Assembly: GCF_004010195.1 (NCBI RefSeq)
Contig: NC_057749.1
Coordinates: 24,699,697 to 24,758,871, forward strand
Source of the DNA: Chiloscyllium plagiosum
Taxonomy: Eukaryota
DNA: 59,175 bases
Direction of reading: 5' to 3'
Notes under the pieces: model-generated
The model's database searches: none
What the model saw: only the letters and a program-made list of their open reading frames with translations
What the model was told of the DNA's origin: nothing
Program-made: the position numbers and the translations under genes
Shown here: positions 49,803 through 59,175 of the stretch, one piece after another
Layout: every line of letters begins with the position of its first letter
Position numbering within the stretch: the stretch's first letter is position 1

Positions 49803-51929
49803 CTCTGCTTTCTGTCCACAGACTTGCCGAGTTTTTCCAGCAATTTCTTTGTTTCTGATTTCCAGCATTTGCAGTTCTTTCGTTTTTTTTAAAATATAAA
49901 TGGGTCCTTGATTGGTAAGGGGTTCAAGGGATACGGGGAGAACAGAGTTGAGAAACATATCAGCCAGGGCAGACTCAATGGGCTGAATGGCCTAATACGG
50001 GTCCTGTATCTGCTGGTCTTATGGTATCTCCATCTGGTACAAGATAATCTCCTGCATCTTGAAGGGTTTTAGTGAAACGATGTTTGCTGCAAGAGCAGGA
50101 GGCCAGTCCAATGTAAAAATACACCGTGGAGCAGTCATGATCTCTTTGACTGGTGGGACAGGCTCCAGAGGCTAAGTGGCCTCTTCCTGTTCCTAAGTTC
50201 TGACAAGTCCACTGTTCCTCTGGGAAAGGAATTCAGGTTGATTGGCCTTTATGTCCTTGCAAGATCCTGACAATGACTGGGGAGCAGGACCTCCTGGATT
50301 AAGAGTCTCAGTCAACTTGTGTGAAATGACATGAAAATCGAGAGCAGAGGTTGACTCCCTGATGGATTTTGAGGGAATCGAGGTGGTAATTCCAGAACTG
50401 CAACTCTAACACAGAGGGAATACCCTACCCACATGTTTACAAATCAAAGTTAGTGGATCAAAGACCGTTTAGATATCCTGACTCTCTTCAACACGTGGTA
50501 AGAGCCAAAGCATTTCAATAATGAATTAGTTTTAAAACAATTTTAATGACTAACAGATCCTCAGAAAATGCGTGTTTAACATGTGTGCAGTCAACACAAA
50601 GCCAGTTGCATATCCATCAGTTTTATTAACATCAAAATATTTTGTTCTCTCCTCCTCGGGCCTGCTGTTGTTCACAATGCCCTATCTACAAGACGGGTGG
50701 TGGAGATAGACAACCTAACATCATTCCTGATGAAGGGCTTTTGCCCAAAATGTTGATTTTCTGCTCCTCGGGTGCTTTTCCAGCACCACTTTAATCTTTA
50801 ACCTACCACCAAGGTTCTTTTGCAGTATTATTATCCAATTGGTTTGGATGGGCACATCCAGTTTGGGATCCAGAGTTCCTGGGAAGCCAAAAGGAGATAA
50901 GATTAAGATAAGGAAGTAAAAGTGTGATCATGGTAGACTTCAAATGGATTGTACAAACAGCGAGACAAAGAGAGAGAATGGAAGGACATTGGAATTTATG
51001 ATAAGATGGAGGCTAAACCAATCAGCATATCAAGTCATAGAGACGTACAGCATGGAAATAGACCGAGTCATCCATGCCGACCAGATATCCAATATTAATC
51101 TCATCCCATTTGCCAGCATTTGGTCCATATCCCTCTAAACCATTCCTATTCATATACCCATCCAGATGCTTTTTAAATGTTGTAATTATACCAGCCTCCA
51201 CCACTTTCTCTGACAACTTGTTCCATGCACACCAACCCCAACCCCCCCACCTCACTCCCGCTGTGAGCATAAATAATTAAAAGGATGTGAAAGGTGATGG
51301 GATTGCCTAATGCTATTATCACCAAACTATTTATTCAGAGACCCAGGTAGTGTCCTGAGGACCTGGGTTTGAATCCTGAAAAGGTAGGGGGTAGAGCTTT
51401 AAAATCATTAAAACATTTGCAGTTGAGAACTTACAGGATACTGAGAGGCCTGGATAAAGTGGATGTGGAGCAAATTGCAACATTAAAATGTATCTGGATG
51501 GGTACATGAATAGGAAAGATTTAGAGGGCCAAATGCAGGCAAATGGGATGAGATTAATTTATGATATCTGGTCGGCCTGGATGAGTTGGACCTTCCGTGC
51601 TATACATTTCTATGAGTCTACGTTTCCACTAGTAGAAGAGACTAGGACCCAAGGACATTTCCTCAGAGTGATCGGACAAGCCTTGAGAACTAAGATGAAG
51701 AGGAATTCTTTCAGCCAGTGGGACCATGAAACCATTGTCAATTGTTAGAAAAAAACCATCATGTTCAATAATGTCCTTCAGGGAAGAAAAAAGGCTGTCC
51801 TTACTTGCTCTGGCCGACATCTGACTCCAGACCTACAGCAATGTGGTTGACTCTTAACTAACCTCTGGGCAATAGGAATAGACAATAAATTCTTTCCTAG
51901 CCAGAGGCATGCACATTCCGTGAATGAAT

Positions 51930-53300
51930 TAAAAGATAGAGTAGGGTTAATTTGGGATAGAAATGGAAATTTATGCATGGAGGCAGAGGATTTGGTTAAT
52001 GTATTAAATGAATATTATCTTTACCAAGTCATGGTGAAAAACGCAGTCGTTGAGTCTCCTGCAGAGTTTAACATTGATAACGAGGAGATATGGATATATT
52101 GTACTTAAAGTGGATAAAAGACTAGAGGGGATGCATTCTGGGATACTGAAGGAAGTGAGAGTGGAAATTGTGGAGACCATAAATGTTTAGTTTTCCTTAG
52201 ACTCAGGAATGGACTCATAGAGTCATACAGCACAGAAACAGACCCTTCAGTCCAACTAGTCCGCGCAAACCCTTTTCCCAAACTAATCTAGTCCCAACTG
52301 CCCATATCCCTCAAAACACTTCCTATTTCATGTACTTATCCAAATATCTTTTAAACATTGTAATTGCACCTGCAACCATCACTTCCTCTGAAAGTTCATT
52401 CCACACTCTACCACTGTCTGTGTAAAAAAGTTGCCCCTCATGTCCTTTTTAAATCTTCCTCCTCTCACCTTAAAAATATGCCCCACAGTTTTGAACTCCC
52501 CCACTCTAGGGAAAAGACTTTTGCTATTCACCCTATGCACACCCCTCATGATTTTATAAACCTCTGTATGGTCACCCATCAACCTCCTACGCTCCAGGGA
52601 AAGAAATCCCAGTCTATCCAGCCTTTCCTTATAACTCAAACCCTCCATTGCTGGCAACAAATCCTGATGAAGGGTTTATGCCCGAAACGTCGTTTCTCCT
52701 GCTCCTCGGGTGCTGCCTGACCTGCTGTGCTTTTCCAGCACCACACTCTCAACATTGCTGGCAACATCCTGATAAATCTTTTCTGAACTCTCTCTGATTT
52801 AATTATATCCTTCCTTTAAAAGGGTGACGAATAGTGTCAGGGGAACAAAATTATACATTTGTTCAAGACAGGTCCAAAGATAAACTCAGTGATTAGGGTT
52901 GTCAGTTCAACCGCAATGGTGGATCAGCTCCCAAAACAATCAAGACAAAATTAATAGTCAATTGGATGGCTGTGGACTAATTAAGAAGCCAGCGTGGATT
53001 TTGTCGAGAACGAATCGTGCTTAATTAATTGGCTACAGTTTGTTTTGATGAGCTAAAATTGACAAGGTTGACTAACACTAGACTGTTGATAAGGTTAACA
53101 ATGACTTCCAAAAAATGGAGAGCTGCCCGATGATCTTGTGAGCAAAGGCAGAGCTTCATGGTGTAAAAAGGGACAATCTGAATGTGGATAGGAAATTGGC
53201 AGCGTGGCAAAAAGCAGATAATGGATTTTTGTCAGGTGAAGGGAGGTTGGTAATGGAGTTCCCCAGCAATTGGGACTAATACCATTGGTGTCTGTGATAT
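51930..53300. mobile_element. Old plus-strand CR1 remnant containing a younger minus-strand HER1-like 3' fragment (52215-52830)
   Basis: RVGLIWDRNGNLCMEAED..NVLNEY and ORF 52379-52660(-). Confidence 0.7.
52660..52752 (+). mobile_element. Solo PLE arm starting at the hammerhead, 14-bp TSD
   Basis: CATTGCTGGCAACA at 52646-52659 and 52753-52766. The arm begins ATCCTGATGAAGGGTTTATGCCCGAAACGTC. Confidence 0.82.
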
Positions 53301-53804
53301 TTTGCTCACCTTTGCGTCTTCTCCTGATGTTCTTCTGCGGGGTCCCGTGTAACTTCATCCCCATTCCATGGAAGATGAGGCAGGACCCCATTGGTCGAGT
53401 TGGAGCCAGGACGCTGTCAGTCCATGTTCAGCGTCACAGGGGACTGCAGGTCCTGTGCAGCCTTGACCATCTCGGAGGCAGTGGGTGCGGAAGTGACAGT
53501 GCAGGTAGTGGTGCGAAGGGACGCCGGGGACGATGTTGGACAATGGCAACTGGAGGAGCAGGGAGGGTGAAGTCTACGGAGAGGAAAAGACGAACTGTTG
53601 AAGCTGTTTCAGTTTTTAGTGAATCAATTTAATATTAACTTATTCAGTATTTTCCCACTTATACAATTTATTCAGTAATTCAGTCTGTAATCCAAGATGG
53701 CATCAGAATGAGGTAACATTATCCGCTTTTTGCTGTACCTTTAGGTACAAGTGACAGGATTAAATAAAAACCAATTATGGTGCACAATTTCAAAATTTGT
53801 GGAT

Positions 53805-54690
53805 GGTCCAAAGATCCGAAGGTTAGGTGGTTTGGCCATGCTAAATTGCCCATAGTGTTCATAGGTTAGGTGCATTAGTCAAGGTAAATATAGGATAATA
53901 GGGTAGGGGAATGGGTCTGGGTGGGTTACTTTTGGAGGGTTGGTGTGGACTTGTTGGGCCGAATGGACTGTTTCCCATGTAGGGATTCTATGATTCTATG
54001 ATATGTAATGTGGAAGCATTGTGAACCTTGAGGAAGCTAGTGTAGAACTTCAGAAAGATATAGACAAGAGTGGAACAGGGTATTTAATGTAGGAAAGTGT
54101 GACATGATTGATTTTGGTGAAAGAATGCAGAGAGCCAATATAAAATCAAGGGCATATTACCAATGGAGGTGCAAGAGCAGAGGGATTTGTGTATGCAAAC
54201 CAATGAAGGTGGTAAGACAGGTTGAGACCATAGCTAATAAATTCTAAAGGATAAGGGTACAGAATACAAGAACAACGAGGTGATGTTGCAGCACGTGTAT
54301 GAGATACTGGTTCAGCCTCACCTGGAGAATTGGGCCGAATCTCATAAGGGCCCAGGGTGGCACTGTGGCTCAGTGATTAGCACTGCTGCCTCACAGCACC
54401 AGGGACCCAGGTTCTATTCCAGCCTCGAGCAACTGTCTGTGTGAAGTTTGCACATTCTCCCTGCGTCTGTGTGGGTTTCCTCTGGGTGCTCTGGTTTCCT
54501 CCCCCAGTCTGAAGAAGTGCAGGTTAGGCTGGATTGGCCACGCTAAGTAGCCCATAGTGTTCAGGGATGTGCAGGCTAGGTGGATTAGCCATGGGAAATG
54601 CAGAGTTACAGACTTCAGGTGGAGGATTGGGATGATCTTCAATGGGTTAGTGTGGACTTGATGGGCTGAATGGCCTGCTTCTACATGTTA
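53805..54690 (+). mobile_element. Two HE1-type SINEs (53805-54003 partial; 54355-54690) within an old CR1 remnant
   Basis: SINE motifs as above. Confidence 0.75.
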
Positions 54691-55074
54691 AGGCTTCTAC
54701 ATGTTAAGGAACACTGGGGGCTATGGTGAAGTTTGTGAGAGAATCATGTGAGAAGCCTGTCAAAGTCTAACCCAACGCAGGGAATGTTATGCTGTACCTT
54801 CTATTTACGGTGATGGGCAGTGAGCTGTATTTCTCACAAGGCAGCTGGTGCTCGCCAGTGAAGGAGGAGTTTTGCTTTTTATTAAATACCTTATTGATAG
54901 CCCAACCCACCTCATTAATATTCAGCTTCCCAACGTAACAAATGCACCAAATAAGCTCGAGTTCCTGACATGGGAGGTCACAGCTGGTACCTGGCAACAT
55001 CAGCTCACTGCTTCCTTGGAAGGATGCCAGTGTTGGATACTGGGCATCAACTTCTCAGGGTATGTTCCCTGGCC

Positions 55075-55425
55075 ACCACACACAACAGACACACGCACAC
55101 AGACATGCACACACACAGACAGATGCACACATGTACACACACACAGACTGATACACATGCACACAGAGACAGACAGACACAAACACATACACAGATGCAC
55201 ACACACAGAGACAGACAGACACACACAGACACACACGGACAGGTGCACACACACAGACAAATACACACACATGCACACACACAGACACACGCACGCACAT
55301 AGAGACAGACAGACAGATACACACACATGTACAAGCACAGACAGATGCACATGCGCACACACACAGACAGACAAACGTGCGCACACAGAGACAGACAGAC
55401 AGACACACACACACAAACACACATC
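55075..55425. repeat. Degenerate (CA)n/(CAGA)n microsatellite
   Basis: Direct inspection. Confidence 0.9.
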
Positions 55426-56024
55426 CACCCACCCCTCCACATTGACATCCAACATGTTCCAGCCTCTAATGCCCCCTCCCCTACCGTGGCACATCTCTGA
55501 TCCACGCACAAGACGTTTGTGTTCTTCAATGCTGTACCTCATGTGGTACTGAAAACCCAGTACCTCCCTGGATGCTCACAGCCTTGCATCACCTTCCTGT
55601 GTTTCACCCCCTCAGCCAGAGATACTGGGCTCTTGGTGCTGCTGTCTTGCCGTGCCCTTTAGTGCAGACACAACACCTGGAAGCTTGTCCTGGTTATTAG
55701 GAGGACTCATTAAATGGAGGGATACAGCCTTCACTCGGGGGGATCCTGGCACTGTAAGTCAAAGGCAACCCTCGTTACCAATCCAGGGGCTTGGACAGCT
55801 TCAGTCATAAACTCAGGACAGTCCAAATCAGGATTCTCTCTACATGCAAGACTGAGGAGCTGAATATTGGGCAGCCCACCACCCATCATGACTCTTTCTG
55901 CCCTCTTGGGGGCAGCTTTCCTCCTGGAAAGAGATTGCAGGGGGGAGGGGGGTTAATAAGGGAGTGGCACAGGTGCTGTGCTGATGGTGAGGCGCACCAA
56001 GTGAGGGAGCACAGATGGCATGTG

Positions 56025-56710
56025 GGAGTTAGTACCAGCTTCCACAACCTCCTCTGATAGCTCATTCCACACACACACCACCCTCTGCATGAAAAAGTTG
56101 CCCTTTATGTTCCTTTTAAATCTTTCCCCTTTCACCCTAACCCTATGCCCTCTAGTTTTGGACCCCCCTATCCTGGGGCAAATAACTCAATGCTCACTCT
56201 ATCCATGCCCCTCATGATGATATAAACTTTTATAAGGTCACCCCTCAGCCTCCGATGCTCCAGGGAAAACAGCCCCAGCCTGTTCAGCCTCTCCCTACAG
56301 TCCAACCCTCCAACCCTGGCAACAGCCTTGGAAAGCTTTCCTGAACCCTTTCAAGTTTCACTACATCTTTTTTATAGCAGGGAGACCAGAATTGCACGCA
56401 GTATTCCAAACTTGGCCTAACCAATGTCCTTTACAGCCACAACATGACCTCCCAACTCCAGTACTCAACACTCTGTCCAAAATGTGCAAGTGTATCAGAC
56501 CCCACCTTCACTGTCCTGTCTACCTGCGACCTCAGTTTCAAGGAGCTGCACTCCAAGGTCTCTTTGTTTGGTAACACTCCCCAGGACCTTGCCATTAAGC
56601 ATATAAACATTGTCCTTATTTGCCTTTTCAAAACGCAGCACCTCCCATTTGGGTAAATTAAACTCCATCTGCCACTCCTTGGCACATTGGCCCATCTGAT
56701 CAAGGCCCCG
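56025..56710 (-). mobile_element. CR1/HER1-like LINE fragment
   Basis: LDQMGQCAKEWQMEFN..KWEVLRF...QRDLGV, followed by C-terminal motifs. Confidence 0.82.
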
Positions 56711-57524
56711 ATGTACTCTGATGAACCAATGCAGTGTAAGATTCAGCCCAATATGTTTTGTACAGGTAAGACTCAAAAGCACGATTCCGAGATAGGGTGG
56801 AGCGGATGGGACTGCTGTCCTGGAATTAATAAAACGCTAAAAGGAGATCAAGTGGAGTTATTCAAAATGGTGAGGGATGGCTGGACAGAGAGGATAGGGA
56901 GAACCTGTTCACGGTGATAGAAGGATTGAGTGTAAGAGGGCGCAGTTTAAGATCATGGTTTAAAAATAACCAATGAGGTGTAAAATCCACAACTGACACG
57001 TGGGAGCCTTTTAAGGGGCAGTTGAGCAGAATTCAGGACCGTTATGTTCCTGTGAGGATGAAGGATCAGGATGGCAAGATCCAGGAACTCTCGATGACAA
57101 GAGATATTGAACATTTAGTCAAAAAGGAAAAGAAAGTGGATGCAAGGTTTAGGAATTTGAATTCAGGTCAGGCCCTTGTGGAATAAAAAGAAAGCAGAAA
57201 AGATAGTGCTGGCAGGTGGGACTAGATTGGGTTGGGGATATCTGGTCGGCATGGACAAGTTGGACTGAAGGGTCTGTTTCCGTGCTGTACATCTCTATGA
57301 CTTTAAGTTATTCATGCACTAACTGCGTATGACCTGGAATATGGTGCCAGAAACTGGATGAAGAGTCAATCGAAACATTTAAGAGGGAATTGGATCATTA
57401 CTTTACACAGAAGAATGTGCAGGGTTTACTGGGCGGGGGTGTGGGAGAGAGGCATTAGATACATTTCTCCTTATGGAACAAGGGAGCACCTTTGATTGTA
57501 ATTTGAAATGTGCTGAGTAGAATG

Positions 57525-57722
57525 GTGGAAGTGAGGGCTGCAGATGCTGGAGATCAGTGTCAAGAGTGCGGTGCTGGAAAAGCACAGCAGGTCAGGCAGC
57601 ATCCGAGGAGCAGGAAAATCGACGTTTCGGGAAATTCCTGATGAAGGGCTTAAGCCCGAAACGTCGCTTCTCCTGCTCCCTGGGTGCTGTCTGAACGGCT
57701 GTGATTTTCCAGCACCACATGC
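57525..57722. mobile_element. PLE fold-back element, family A, with an intact hammerhead core at 57634-57669
   Basis: ATTC-CTGATGA-A-GGGC(TTAA)GCCC-GAAACGTC; inverted arms. Confidence 0.8.
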
Positions 57723-58164
57723 TTTGAATATGCTGGGTGGATTTGTTGGACAAGCTGGTCTTAATATCAGATGCCCAGATACCTTGGGTGAATTTGATAA
57801 TCAGAAACGGAATTCAGTAAACAGTGCACACCATTACAATTATTCCCGGCTGTCCCATCTACTCCTTGCGATTGACAGCAGGGAAATCTGTCAGGGATGG
57901 TGTGAAATGTCCCAGTGTGTCTGGAGAGCAGGAGGAAGTGCTGACCTGGTGAAAGCATTTTATTTATAGCCTTGCTAAACAAACCTCAAACTCCCAGAAG
58001 AGTTAGCAATGAAAGGATTATTTTTTATAAGCCTTGGCCTCATTTTGCAGTCAATCTTCTGCACATTAACCGAGGATGACACCAGGGTCTCAGGTACTGT
58101 TATTAATGTACTGCTGGGACTCTCAGAGACCAGGGTCTGAAAATGGAGCAAGATTTCAAAAAAT

Positions 58165-59175
58165 ACATATGTGTGTGTGTCTCTATGCAAGTGTGTCCCT
58201 GTGTGTCTTTTTGTACATGTGAACGTGTGTGTGTGTCCATATGAGAGAGTGTGTGTGTGCGTGTATCTATATTTGTATGGAGGCACCTTGTATGTGTGAA
58301 TTTGTATCTATTATTTGCACCTGTGTCTTTCTGTGTGTCTGTCTGTCTGTCAGTATGAATGTGTCTGTGTACATGTGAGTGAGCATGTGTCTGTGTGAAT
58401 GTGAGTGAGTATGTGTCTGTATGAATGTGAGTGAGTATGTGTCTGTGTACATGTGAGTATGTGTCTGTGTGAATGTATGTGTCTGTGTGAATGTGAGTAT
58501 GTGTCTGTGTGAATGTGAGTATGTGTCTATGTACATGTGAGTAAGTATGTGTCTGTGTGAACGTGACTATGTGTCTATATGAATGTGAGTGAGTATGTGT
58601 CTGTGTACATGTGAGTGAGTATGTGTCTGTGTGAACATAAGTATGTGTCTGTGTGAATGTGAGTGAGTATGTGTCTGTGTGAACGTGAGTATGTGTCTGT
58701 TTACATGTGAGTGAGTATGTGTCTGTATGAATGTGTGTGAGTATGTGTCTGTGTGAATGTGAGTGAGTATGTGTCTGTGAGAATGTGAGTATGTGTCTGT
58801 GTACATGTGTCTGTCAGTATGAATGTGTCTGTGTACATGTGAGTGAGTATGTGTCTGTGTACATGTGAGTGAGTATGTGTCTGTGTGAATGTGAGTATGT
58901 GTCTGTGTGAACGTGAGTATGTGTCTGTGTGAATGTGAGTGAGTATGTGTCTGTGTACATGTGAGCGAGTATGTGTCTGTGTGAATGTGAGTATGTGTCT
59001 ATGTGTCTGTGTGAATGTGAGTATGTGTCTGTGTGAACGTGAGTATGTGTCTGTGTACATGTGAGCGAGTATGTGTCTGTGTGAACGTGAGTATGTGTCT
59101 GTGTGAATGTGAGTGAGTATGTGTCTGTGTACATGTGAGCGAGTATGTGTCTGTGTGAATGTGAGTATGTGTCTG
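58165..59175. repeat. TG-rich complex minisatellite (22/26-bp units)
   Basis: Units GTATGTGTCTGTGT(G)A(A/C)(A)TGTGA(GTGA), running off the right edge. Confidence 0.92.

Noticed and set aside
54848..59134. Long His/Thr-rich and Cys/Val-rich ORFs (also 5702-6069)
   Set aside because: These are read-through of CA/TG tandem repeats.

Overview
This is eukaryotic, repeat-dominated genomic DNA from an elasmobranch (shark or ray), inferred from many HE1-type tRNA-derived SINEs, their partner CR1-clade HER1-like LINE 3' fragments and DeuSINE remnants. It is probably intronic or intergenic and has four N-gaps. No intact protein-coding gene is present. Nearly all listed ORFs are retroelement fragments or microsatellite read-through, and only one reasonable host-exon candidate was seen (21682-21755). 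The most structured signal is a population of Penelope-like element (PLE) insertions. These include an RT fragment (IKPADKG, 1-233), an N-terminal ORF fragment (22640-22945) and a GIY-YIG endonuclease fragment enclosed by a 384-bp near-perfect inverted repeat with a 16-bp target-site duplication (27212-28289). There are also about 20 short fold-back or solo-arm derivatives in at least four sequence families. Each family carries a minimal type I hammerhead ribozyme motif (CUGANGA-stem II-GAAA plus a palindromic stem III), with stems that covary between families, and many copies have 13-16 bp TSDs. Other content: a 32-bp G-rich minisatellite, CA/TG-rich tandem repeats, a Tx1-like remnant, a two-copy solo-LTR-like repeat, inverted SINE pairs, near-identical tandem duplications that may be assembly artefacts, and TE-poor AT-rich stretches that may be conserved non-coding elements. 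Boundaries were read by eye and are approximate unless a TSD is given.
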